This document shows, one piece after another, positions 7,880 to 15,686 of a stretch of DNA of 18,109 nt. Source of the DNA: Conexivisphaerales archaeon (lineage in GTDB: Archaea > Thermoproteota > Nitrososphaeria > Conexivisphaerales > DTJL01); the NCBI GenBank assembly GCA_049509455.1, contig JBEKZX010000038.1:1-18109 (forward strand). The letters run 5' to 3'. Made by a program: the position numbers and the translations under genes. How positions within the stretch are numbered: position 1 is the first letter of the stretch; the number at the start of each line of letters is the position of its first letter. Below the pieces are notes generated by a model that was not told the DNA's origin, made no database searches, and worked only from the letters and a program-made list of their open reading frames with translations.

Positions 7880-8255
7880 GGGGCCGGAGGTCTTTAGCTA
7901 CGTCGGTTGCGAAGGACCTAGGCCCGGGCGCCGACGTGGTCGTGGACTCGGTCGGAAGCGCCTCCTTCGATTCTTCGCTCGACCGCGTGAAGAGAGGCGG
8001 CAAGTTGGTGACGTTGAGCTCTACCACTGTAAAGGACGCCTCGCAGGACCTTATGAAGATCTTCACGAACGGGATCTCCATTCACGGGGGGTCTAGGTGG
8101 GAACGAGGGAAGACCTTGTCACGATTGTAGACTGGGTGAGCAGCGGACGAATCTCACCAGTCGTTGACAGCCTGTATAAGCTCAATCAGATGGAGGAAGC
8201 CCGCAAAAGGCTGGACTCGCGTCAGGTTTTCGGAAAGATAGTTGTCGAGACTTAA
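7880..8255 (+). pseudogene. 5'-truncated, frameshifted remnant of an MDR-family (zinc-type alcohol dehydrogenase/quinone oxidoreductase) gene
   Basis: Frame 1 reads AKDLGPGADVVVDSVGSASFDSSLDRVKRGGKLVT…SIHGGSR. The homology continues in frame 3 from 8100 as GTREDLVTIVDWVSSGRISPVVDSLYKLNQMEEARKRLDSRQVFGKIVVET* (TAA 8253-8255). There is an in-frame TAG at 7870 and no N-terminal domain. Confidence 0.75.
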
Positions 8256-9565
8256 GGGGTCACGCGAAAGGCATCTCTCGGGTAGAGGACGGCCTCTCTG
8301 ATGTTAGAGTTTCCCGTGACCTGGGCCACGAACCTGTCCACGCCGAACCCCCAACCAGAGTGCGGCGGCATCCCCCAATCGTACACCTTCAGATGGTCCT
8401 TAAATTGCTCGACTTTTAGACCCTTTTCCCTGAGCCTTTCCTCCAGCAAAGAACGGTCCGCCACCCGCTCGCCGCCCGAGGCGAGCTCAAGGGGGCCGAA
8501 CATCAGGTCGAAGGACTCGGAGATATCGGGCCTTGATGGGTTAGGCTTGATGTAAAAAGGCTTAAGCGAAGCGGGCCAGTCGACCAGGAAATAGTACCCG
8601 TGATACATATCACCGAGAAGCCTCAGCGCTTCTGCGTCGAACTCGTCCCCGAACTTGACGCTGCAGCCCTTCTTGACAAGCTCGGAGACCGCGTCTTCGT
8701 ACCTAACGATCGGGAATGGCAATGGGGGGAGGGTCGGGGTGAATCCCAGAGCCCTGAACTCCTTCTCAGCCGCCCCCACAAGATGCTTTATTCCGGCCGA
8801 AACCAGGGCCTCGAGGATCTTCATCACGTCCTCCTTTTCGCAGAGCGCTGCCTCCACGTCGAGGCTGACGAACTCGTTGAGGTGGCGGGTTGTATTCATC
8901 CTCTCAGCCCTAAAGTAGGTGCCGATCTCATAGACCCTGTCCAGGGATAACGTGAGCTCTTCCTTGTAAAGCTGAGGGCTCTGGGCCAGGTAGGCCTCTC
9001 GCTGGAAGTAGTTAAATGCGAAGAGCTCGGCCCCGCCCTCGGCCGCCGCCCCTATGATCTTGGGGGTGTTGACCTCCATGAAGCCCTCGCTCCATAAGAG
9101 CTCCCTTGTAAATCGAAGGAACAGCGCCCTGATCCTGAAGATGGAAGCAGCACGGGGGCTCCGCAGGTCGAGCGGCCGGGCGTCCAGCCTCGTGTCGAGG
9201 CCTGCATCCACCCGGCCCGTGGGATCCAATGGAAGCGGATGGACGGCCCTGCCTAGCACACAGAAGTCTGAAGCGTCTATTTCGAAGGGAGACACCTTTG
9301 ACTTGCTCTCCTTCACTTTCCCTCTTACGGCCACGAAGCTCTGCCTTGAAAGGGATCCAGATTCGGCAAACCTCTCGTCGCCCAGGTTCCTTCTGTTGAA
9401 TACGGCCTGGATGGTCCCATGGCCGTCCCTGACGGTCAAGAAGACGATGGAGCCGATGGAGCGGAGGTCTTCTATCCAGCCTGCCACGACGCAGCTTCTT
9501 CCGACCAGGCTTTCGCCAACCTCGTTCGTGTACCTATCTCTTTTCAGCCCTGTCTTCTCGCTCAA
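8252..9565 (-). CDS. aspS: archaeal-type aspartate-tRNA ligase (Asp or Asp/Asn)
   Basis: OB-fold N-terminus (VAGWI..LR..G..VF..VRD), LAQSPQLYK, motif 2 FRAE…RHLNEF and motif 3 PPHSGWGFGVDRF. TTG start. Confidence 0.95.
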   Translation of the reverse strand: MSEKTGLKRDRYTNEVGESLVGRSCVVAGWIEDLRSIGSIVFLTVRDGHGTIQAVFNRRNLGDERFAESGSLSRQSFVAVRGKVKESKSKVSPFEIDASDFCVLGRAVHPLPLDPTGRVDAGLDTRLDARPLDLRSPRAASIFRIRALFLRFTRELLWSEGFMEVNTPKIIGAAAEGGAELFAFNYFQREAYLAQSPQLYKEELTLSLDRVYEIGTYFRAERMNTTRHLNEFVSLDVEAALCEKEDVMKILEALVSAGIKHLVGAAEKEFRALGFTPTLPPLPFPIVRYEDAVSELVKKGCSVKFGDEFDAEALRLLGDMYHGYYFLVDWPASLKPFYIKPNPSRPDISESFDLMFGPLELASGGERVADRSLLEERLREKGLKVEQFKDHLKVYDWGMPPHSGWGFGVDRFVAQVTGNSNIREAVLYPRDAFRVTP

Positions 9566-10061
9566 ACTTGATGACCAGTTCGATTCCTCTTGTGTCCTTC
9601 ACTATCCTTATTACTTTTTCCAGGTTGACGGGGAATCGCCCGGTCTTCCGCCCTGGGATGATGACCTTCATCGTCTTGCTTCCGTCGGGGAGCCATATCG
9701 TGTTCATGGTCATTATGCGTGCAGGAAATAGAAGGTGCTCCACGAAGCGCCGGTCGTCGGTGTCAGCTTCGGTGAACCAGAGCTTGCGGCCCAGAGTCTC
9801 TTCGAGGCTTCTAGTGAATTCCTGCTCCGTCCTGAGGATGGCCATGTCTCCCAACCCCACCATGAGCACGAGCTCTCCGTCCAACTCAGCCGTCTTACGG
9901 AGTGTGATCTTGTCAAGGAGAGGGAACTTGCCGACGTTCTTAGCGAGCATGTACGAGACGTCCACGTCCGTCCTAGTGAGCTCCCCGGTCCGGAGTTTGG
10001 CCTCGCACTTCGGGCACAAGACTCCCACCTTCGCGTCAAAACTGCAAATAGGAAGCTTCAA
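9534..10061 (-). CDS. nusA: archaeal NusA-like KH-domain protein with an N-terminal Cys cluster
   Basis: TTG 10061 gives MKLPICSFDAKVGVLCPKCEAKL…, followed by a KH-like C-terminal part (LLFPARIMTMNTIWLPDGS). SD-like GAGGT upstream. It overlaps the aspS start by 32 nt. Confidence 0.75.
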   Translation of the reverse strand: MKLPICSFDAKVGVLCPKCEAKLRTGELTRTDVDVSYMLAKNVGKFPLLDKITLRKTAELDGELVLMVGLGDMAILRTEQEFTRSLEETLGRKLWFTEADTDDRRFVEHLLFPARIMTMNTIWLPDGSKTMKVIIPGRKTGRFPVNLEKVIRIVKDTRGIELVIKFEREDRAEKR

Positions 10062-10105
10062 ACTTCCGAAACCTCGGAGCTGCAACACTCTTGCTTGTGT
10101 AGCTG

Positions 10106-10136
10106 GTTTAAATATTTTAGGCTAAGTAGTTTAAAT
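10106..10136. promoter_or_regulatory. two GTTTAAAT boxes in the nusA/sucC divergent spacer
   Basis: GTTTAAAT at 10106-10113 and 10129-10136. The first, read on the minus strand with an upstream A-tract, fits a nusA-aspS promoter. A further CTTAAATA at 10213-10220 fits sucC. Confidence 0.5.
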
Positions 10137-10249
10137 CACAGAAACTCTGCGCCAAGTGCATCCCCTAGCTTTAGCTGGTTTACGACGTTCTCGGCGGTTC
10201 GATAACGTATCTCTTAAATACGATTCATCGACATGGGGCATTGAAAGTT

Positions 10250-11350
10250 ATGAGATTACTCGAGTACCAAGCAAAGAGCCTGTTCCAAGGGTACGGCATA
10301 AGAGTCCCGTCAGGGTACCTCATCACGAGCGGCGCTGACCTCGAGGCGGCCGCAGCGAAGGTGGGCATCCCCTTGGTGCTCAAGGCCCAGCTCCCCGTAG
10401 GAGGGAGGGGTAAGGCAGGAGCCATCCTAAAGGTCATGTCCAAGGAGGAGCTGGCGCCGGCTTACGAGAAGCTTTCGTCTCTGGTGGTCTCGGGTTTCCC
10501 GGTCAGGCAGGTTCTGGCTGAGGAGTACTTCCCCCACGAAAAGGAGTTCTACTGCAGTTTCTTTCAGAACAGGAGCCAGCGGTGCTTCTCACTAATCGTG
10601 ACGAAGGAAGGCGGCGTAGAGGTCGAAGATGTGAAGGACAAGAACGTCATGGACTTTGGCCTTGCCGGCCCTTTAGAACTTGATTACGACCGGGCCGCGT
10701 CGTACTTCCAGCTCTCGGGAGATGACGCGGCCGGCTTCAAGGTGCTCTTGAAAGCCCTCTACTCCCTCTACCAAGAGACGGAAGGGGACCTAGTCGAGAT
10801 CAACCCCCTGGCGTTCACGCCAGGAGGCGGCTTCGTCGCTCTCGACGCGAAGGTCATCGTCGACGACAACGCCCTTTTCAGACATCCTGAGCTCCAAACG
10901 TTCGTCAGGAAGGACTCGTCGGAAGAGGACGCCGAGCGGTATGGCTTCAACTTCGTGTCGCTGGACGGGGACATAGCCGTGGTGGGCAACGGAGCGGGCT
11001 TGGTCCTTGCTACGCTGGACATGGTCTCCTCCAAAGGTTTGAAGCCCGGCTGCTTCCTGGACCTAGGCGGTGGGGCCTCGTCGGACAGGGTATTAGCCGC
11101 CCTGAAACTCCTCTCCTCCCAACCGAACCTGAGGGCGTATTTCATCAACATCTTCGGCGGGATAACCAATGGCGCCTCCGTGGCTCAGGGGATCATTGAT
11201 GCGAAGGCTCAGGGCATATTGACCAAGCCCCTGGTGCTTAGGCTCAGTGGGGCCGGCGAGGTTGAGGCAAGGGAGATGTTGGCCAAGGAGAGGTTGGAGT
11301 CCTTCATCGACGAGCAGGGGGCTCTTGCAGCGGTGGGGGCGTGGAAGTAG
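10250..11350 (+). CDS. sucC: succinyl-CoA synthetase beta subunit
   Basis: MRLLEYQAKSLF, VLKAQ…GGRGKAG, EINPL, ALDAK, GNGAGL…TLD and FLDLGGGA. ATG 10250 is preferred over TTG 10241. Confidence 0.95.
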   Translation: MRLLEYQAKSLFQGYGIRVPSGYLITSGADLEAAAAKVGIPLVLKAQLPVGGRGKAGAILKVMSKEELAPAYEKLSSLVVSGFPVRQVLAEEYFPHEKEFYCSFFQNRSQRCFSLIVTKEGGVEVEDVKDKNVMDFGLAGPLELDYDRAASYFQLSGDDAAGFKVLLKALYSLYQETEGDLVEINPLAFTPGGGFVALDAKVIVDDNALFRHPELQTFVRKDSSEEDAERYGFNFVSLDGDIAVVGNGAGLVLATLDMVSSKGLKPGCFLDLGGGASSDRVLAALKLLSSQPNLRAYFINIFGGITNGASVAQGIIDAKAQGILTKPLVLRLSGAGEVEAREMLAKERLESFIDEQGALAAVGAWK

Positions 11351-12250
11351 TTGAGCCTTCTAGGCAGCTGGTTGTCGGGCGCCGCCGATCCTCAGCAGTC
11401 GAAGGTCGTGGTCCGGGGGATAACGGGGAAATTCGGCAGCGTTCATTCCCAGCTCATGGCCGAGTATGGCACCAGGTTGGTGGCCGGCGTCACGCCCGGA
11501 AAAGGCGGCCAGTCAGCGAGCGGGGTGCCTGTCTTCAACGCCATGGAAGAAGCGGTCAAAGCTACGGGGGCTGAAGTGAGCGTGATATTCGTACCCGCAC
11601 CCGCCTACCTGTCGGCGGTGACCGAAGACTTCAAAGCTGGAATCAAGCTGGTGATCGGCATCACGGAGAAGGTCCCCGTCAGGGACACCATGAAGACTAT
11701 CGAGGCCGCGCGCATTGCGGGAGGCCACATCGTCGGGCCAAACACTCCCGGCCTGATCGTCCCGGGAAAGACGAAGCTGGGCATAATGCCGGCCCAGCCT
11801 TTCGCTCCTGGCTCGGTGGCTCTCTTTTCACGAAGTGGAACGCTCACATACGAGATCGCAGAGTACATTAGGCGGAGCGGATTCGGGCTATCTGCGGCGC
11901 TAGGTATAGGAGGAGACCCCATCGTCTCGACCAACTTCATCGAATGCATGGAAATGGTCAAGGACAACCCTGCCGTCCAGGCGGTGGCGATCAACGGCGA
12001 GATAGGCGGGGACGCTGAGGAGAAGGCGGCCTCTTATATCGTTGACACGGACTTCCCTAAGCCGGTAGTGGCGTACCTAGCAGGAAGGAGTGCGCCGAAG
12101 GAGAAGAAGATGGGTCACGCAGGCGCCATCATCTACGGCAACGCGGGCACCGTGCAGTCGAAGGAGAAGGCGCTTAACGCCGCAGGCGTGCCTGTGGCCA
12201 GAATGCCCTGGGAGGTCCCGGAGTTGCTGCGGCAGGTCATCAAGAAATAG
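11351..12250 (+). CDS. sucD: succinyl-CoA synthetase alpha subunit
   Basis: GITG…VAGVTPGKGG, GPNTPG, SRSGTLTYE, GIGGDP, GEIGG and the phospho-His motif KMGHAGA. It abuts the sucC stop. Confidence 0.95.
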   Translation: MSLLGSWLSGAADPQQSKVVVRGITGKFGSVHSQLMAEYGTRLVAGVTPGKGGQSASGVPVFNAMEEAVKATGAEVSVIFVPAPAYLSAVTEDFKAGIKLVIGITEKVPVRDTMKTIEAARIAGGHIVGPNTPGLIVPGKTKLGIMPAQPFAPGSVALFSRSGTLTYEIAEYIRRSGFGLSAALGIGGDPIVSTNFIECMEMVKDNPAVQAVAINGEIGGDAEEKAASYIVDTDFPKPVVAYLAGRSAPKEKKMGHAGAIIYGNAGTVQSKEKALNAAGVPVARMPWEVPELLRQVIKK

Positions 12251-12298
12251 GACTCCCGGAGCGACGGCCGTTCGATCCTTGCCTCCCTAGCAACGCTG

Positions 12299-12336
12299 AA
12301 ATGGGCGGCAGTCGCCGTGCTGCCGAGGGCCCATTT
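12299..12336 (+). other. stem-loop ending on the start codon of the Nim-like gene
   Basis: AAATGGG (12299-12305) pairs with CCCATTT (12330-12336) and CGGCAG (12306-12311) with CTGCCG (12320-12325), with a 4-nt bulge. Confidence 0.45.
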
Positions 12337-12815
12337 TGCGCGGAATCCTGAGACGACAGGACAGGGCGCTGGCCGCGCCGGACGCCGAGAGGATGCTTGG
12401 ATCGTGCGAATTCGGCGTCCTGTCAACGGTTGGTGACGACGGCTATCCCTACGGCGTTCCCGTCAGCTTCGCGTACAGTGGAGGTGTAATCTACTTCCAC
12501 TCAGCGAAGGAGGGGCACAAGATCGATAACATCAGGCATGATGATAGGGTCTCCTTCTGTGTCGTCGGCTTCGCCCAGGTGCGACCCAAGGACTTCACAA
12601 CCTCCTTTGGGAGCGTCGTAGCCTTCGGTAGGGCACATGTCGTCGAAGGGGAGGAGAAGAGAAGGGCGCTGCTGGCCATAGCCGTAAAATACACCGACAT
12701 ATCGACCCAAGAGATAGAGGACTACATCGACGACGATGGCGCCAAGGCGACGGTTATGAGAATCGACCTCGAAAGCGTCACGGCAAAGGGTAATATGGTG
12801 CCTTCCAGAGCCTGA
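12336..12815 (+). CDS. pyridoxamine 5'-phosphate oxidase-like split-barrel flavin/heme protein (NimA/NimC type)
   Basis: LRRQDR…GVLSTVGDDGYPYGVPVSF…IYFHSAKEGHKIDNI…VSFCVV…FTT.F.SVVAFG, including the Nim-type FHxAxxGHK motif. Confidence 0.85.
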   Translation: MRGILRRQDRALAAPDAERMLGSCEFGVLSTVGDDGYPYGVPVSFAYSGGVIYFHSAKEGHKIDNIRHDDRVSFCVVGFAQVRPKDFTTSFGSVVAFGRAHVVEGEEKRRALLAIAVKYTDISTQEIEDYIDDDGAKATVMRIDLESVTAKGNMVPSRA

Positions 12816-12902
12816 GGACCACAGGAAGAGTCACTGGAAGATTCCCCGAAATGGGCGACCGGCCCGGCTGCATCGGGGACGCTCAACGCTATATAGCGGT
12901 CA

Positions 12903-14066
12903 ATGCCACGCAACGGTTGGAAGTTGACGCCGTATTCTGCAGGCACGAAGCATGGTGCGGAGGTTGACCCGCCTCCTAGCCCTCGGCCAAGGCTTTCGAT
13001 AGTCGTCCCAACTTACAACGAGAGGGACAACCTTCCTGTCCTCCTCGAGAGGATTCAGAAGGCCCTGCAGGGAGTGAGCTACGAGGTCATCGTCGTGGAC
13101 GACAACAGCCCCGACGGGACCTGGCAAATCGCCGAAGGAGCTTCTCGCGGGTCGTCCATGGTCGTTCTAGTTAAGAGGTCGCGGAAGATGGGGCTGGCGT
13201 CAGCCTTCATCGACGGCCTTAGGGTCGCAAGAGGTGAGTTGGTGGGGCTGATGGACGCCGACCTTCAGCATCCGCCTGAGCTTCTCCTCGAACTCGTGAA
13301 AGCGATCGATGGTGGAGCCGACATCGCGGTCGCGAGCAGGTTCGTCAAGGGAGGAGGCGTGGGCTCCTGGTCCGCGTGGAGAAGGATGGTTAGCTGGGGC
13401 GCCCGCCTCCTCGCCACCTTGGCGCTGCCCAAGACCAGCGGTGTGAAGGACACGATGTCTGGCTACTTCGTAGCCAGGGAGGAAATCATCTCTGGCATGG
13501 AACTGAGCTCAAGAAGCTTCAAGGTGCTCCTCGAGATATTGGCCAAAGGAAAGTACAGGAAGGTCGTCGAGATCCCCTATGTTTTCGAACCTCGGCGCAA
13601 GGGTCATAGCAAGTTGGGGTCTGGGGAGATGTGGAACTACATCAAGCATGTCTTCCGTCTCTTTGTTGAGACGAAGAGCTATCGGACGTTCGTGAAGTTC
13701 TGCCTCGTTGGGTTGAGCGGAGTCGTCGTCAACGAAGCAATCTTCTGGGCGCTCTCCGTTCGCCTGGGGATATTCTACCTGCTAGCAGGGGCCCTCAGCG
13801 CTGAATCCGCTATCGTCAACAACTTCACTTGGAACGACTCCTGGACCTTCCGCGAAAAGGCAGGTGACAGATCGGCCAGGGCTGTTCTGTATAGGTTCCT
13901 GAAGTTCAACGTCAACATGGCTGGGGGGGTGTTGATCGGCCTCGTCGTCCTCTATGTCCTAACTACCTTGTTAGGGCTAAACCCCCTCATCTCGAACTTG
14001 TTCTCCATCGTCGTCTCCATGCTTTGGAACTACGCCACCAGCACGAAGTTCGTGTGGAACCGATAG
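12903..14066 (+). CDS. GT2 polyprenol-phosphate hexosyltransferase (Dpm1-like) fused to a C-terminal GtrA membrane domain
   Basis: SIVVPTYNER.N, VVDDNSPDGT, MDADLQHPPE, SRF..GG and DTMSGYF, followed by the GtrA-like KFCLVGLSGVVVN…NNF.WND.WTF. Start uncertain (ATG 12903 or TTG 12924). Confidence 0.9.
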   Translation: MPRNGWKLTPYSAGTKHGAEVDPPPSPRPRLSIVVPTYNERDNLPVLLERIQKALQGVSYEVIVVDDNSPDGTWQIAEGASRGSSMVVLVKRSRKMGLASAFIDGLRVARGELVGLMDADLQHPPELLLELVKAIDGGADIAVASRFVKGGGVGSWSAWRRMVSWGARLLATLALPKTSGVKDTMSGYFVAREEIISGMELSSRSFKVLLEILAKGKYRKVVEIPYVFEPRRKGHSKLGSGEMWNYIKHVFRLFVETKSYRTFVKFCLVGLSGVVVNEAIFWALSVRLGIFYLLAGALSAESAIVNNFTWNDSWTFREKAGDRSARAVLYRFLKFNVNMAGGVLIGLVVLYVLTTLLGLNPLISNLFSIVVSMLWNYATSTKFVWNR

Positions 14067-14116
14067 CCTGCCCGTCAGCACTAGTCGGACGAGGCCTTTG
14101 AAAGGTCGGTCCTGAT

Positions 14117-15109
14117 CTATGAATGAGTCAGCGCGCGCTCGACTCGCTTCAAGACCTTCAGGGCCTTGTACGTGAGGACCTTGCTCGGCTCGCCGACCCA
14201 TTCGAACGCCCAGGCCAGAGGAGGCTCCGGCTCGTAGGGGGGCTTCATCTGGTAAGGGTCCCCAGGGCCGATGTCGGGATGAACCGCATCGAGGACCCAG
14301 GTCCCGTCGGGCCTACGTTTGTGGTTCAGGCGTTCAAGGGCGAAACTCAGCCGCGTATCGTCGCCATAGCCCAGGGCCGTCAGGACCCCGAGTCCTACCA
14401 GTAAGTCATAATAGTAGTGAACCGGATAATGGAAACGGAACCACGGAGCATACTTCTCCCTACCTTCCAGGTGGAGCTCTCGCTTCAGGTAGAACTCGGC
14501 GCCTCTCTCCACGCTCCTCTTGATGCTGCGAGTCCACTTGCTCCGCGGGAGCACCGCGAAGGCACTCAGGCCCTCCCAGCAGTCCAGCGTCCCGTGCTTC
14601 GAAGGAAAACAGTTCCATCCCCCGTCCTCCTTCTGGGCTCTGACGATCCAATTCAGGGCGCCTATAACCCTCGGGTCGTCCCCGTAGCCGCACCGGATGA
14701 GCGTCCTGCAGAGGTTCCCGGTGGTGCAGAAGTGACCTTCGTCATCTCCACCACCATGTCTGGCCCCGAAGCCGCCATCTTTCCTCAGTAGACTCGAAAG
14801 AAGGAGTTCGCAGGTCTTTCTTACTCTAGGCTCTTCCGCTGTGGCACCCAGGTCGGCGAGGGCATAGAGCTTGAAGGTGGTCGCGACGTACTTAGGCCTG
14901 GAGAGGCTGGCATAGCTGTACCAGTAGCCTCGAGGCAACTGTTCGCCGAGGATCTTGGCGACCCAGCCGGACCTGTACATCCCTTCCTTCACTTCCCTCA
15001 CATCCGCGTCATTCGCTGGCTTACCTAGAAGCCCTGTCAAGACAAGGTACCTGATCGCAGGTTGGCTTGGCTCCAGCAGCCAGTCTATGGGGTCCTTCAT
15101 TCTGGCCAT
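14117..15109 (-). CDS. prenyltransferase/squalene-cyclase-repeat (alpha/alpha toroid) protein of unknown function
   Basis: QW-type repeats EQLPRGYW, LRKDGGF, AQKEDGGW and KRRPDGTW. The real start is ATG 15109 or 15100 (MKDPIDWLLEPSQPAIRY). The ORF track extension to 15466 is antisense to rpl40e. Confidence 0.75.
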   Translation of the reverse strand: MARMKDPIDWLLEPSQPAIRYLVLTGLLGKPANDADVREVKEGMYRSGWVAKILGEQLPRGYWYSYASLSRPKYVATTFKLYALADLGATAEEPRVRKTCELLLSSLLRKDGGFGARHGGGDDEGHFCTTGNLCRTLIRCGYGDDPRVIGALNWIVRAQKEDGGWNCFPSKHGTLDCWEGLSAFAVLPRSKWTRSIKRSVERGAEFYLKRELHLEGREKYAPWFRFHYPVHYYYDLLVGLGVLTALGYGDDTRLSFALERLNHKRRPDGTWVLDAVHPDIGPGDPYQMKPPYEPEPPLAWAFEWVGEPSKVLTYKALKVLKRVERALTHS

Positions 15110-15241
15110 AACAGCTTGGGAGGTCCATGATAGATTAAGCTTCCCCAACAAGCCCTGAGACACGATGTTGTTTCCACGATTCGTCGTGCGCACCGTAGAA
15201 AGGTAGAAATACTGTCGCTGAAGGTGCTGATGTAGGTACAA

Positions 15242-15412
15242 TTGCCAATCGCCGACTCGGGGAAGAAGGCCATCGCCATGGAGAGAAGGCTGTACTTCAA
15301 GATCTGTATGAGCTGCGGGTCGAAGAACCCGATTGATGCCGTTCGCTGCAGGAAGTGCAAGCGAAGCAACACCCTTCGAGTCAAGAACAGGACGACGGGC
15401 CCGAAGAAGTAG
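15242..15412 (+). CDS. rpl40e: 50S ribosomal protein L40e
   Basis: Absent from the ORF track (56 aa). TTG start gives MPIADSGKKAIAMERRLYFKICMSCGSKNPIDAVRCRKCKRSNTLRVKNRTTGPKK, with the eL40 zinc ribbon KICxxC…N…A.RCRKC. Confidence 0.93.
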   Translation: MPIADSGKKAIAMERRLYFKICMSCGSKNPIDAVRCRKCKRSNTLRVKNRTTGPKK

Positions 15413-15433
15413 CTCGGATCCCGGCGTGCCGGA

Positions 15434-15447
15434 GAAACGCTTTATAC
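15434..15447 (+). promoter_or_regulatory. BRE/TATA promoter of tRNA-Val
   Basis: GAAACGC-TTTATAC, with the TATA box about 30-35 nt upstream of the mature 5' end. Confidence 0.6.
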
Positions 15448-15476
15448 GACAACATTTGAACCCCATTCCACTGAAT

Positions 15477-15552
15477 GGGCCGGTCGTCTAGCCTGGCCTT
15501 GGACGTCGCTCTCACACAGCGAAGATCGGCGGTTCGAATCCGCCCCGGCCCA
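15477..15552 (+). tRNA. tRNA-Val (anticodon CAC), intronless, CCA not encoded
   Basis: Acceptor stem GGGCCGG/CCGGCCC, D stem GTCT/GGAC, anticodon stem TCGCT/AGCGA with loop CT-CAC-AC (anticodon 15513-15515), T arm GGCGG-TTCGAAT-CCGCC and discriminator A. Confidence 0.95.
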
Positions 15553-15686
15553 TTTTATGATCCCACCTCCATTGGTTGGATGCCGTTGGTATTGTCCAAT
15601 AGCGGGATGCCTGTTGCCACCGAAGCTTGTACCAGCGTCCATTGAACTTGAAAGGGGCCTTCAAAGTGTCGGCCCGACAATCCCGG

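Noticed and set aside
8252-9565. Calling aspS discriminating or non-discriminating from the anticodon-domain residues
   Set aside because: The diagnostic positions (His/Trp and Pro/Lys in the Thermococcus numbering) appear as E and an unalignable KSKVSP loop. This cannot be decided without an alignment and the genome's asnS/gatCAB content.
9534-10061. nusA-like gene overlapping aspS, with a Cys cluster
   Set aside because: To my knowledge this is a common archaeal family and arrangement, so it is not novel.
12903-14066. GT2-GtrA fusion as a novel architecture
   Set aside because: It is a widespread, known fusion in archaea and bacteria.
12328-15556. GGCCCATTTT at 12328-12337 equals the tRNA-Val 3' end plus trailer (15547-15556), suggesting attL/attR of an integrated element
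   Set aside because: The match is only 10 bp, the copy lies upstream of the tRNA rather than downstream, the interval contains the core gene rpl40e, and no integrase is present.
15600-15686. Short palindromes between the tRNA and pok (TTGAA-N7-TTCAA, GTCGG-C-CCGAC)
   Set aside because: The 5-bp arms are within chance expectation and no function can be assigned.
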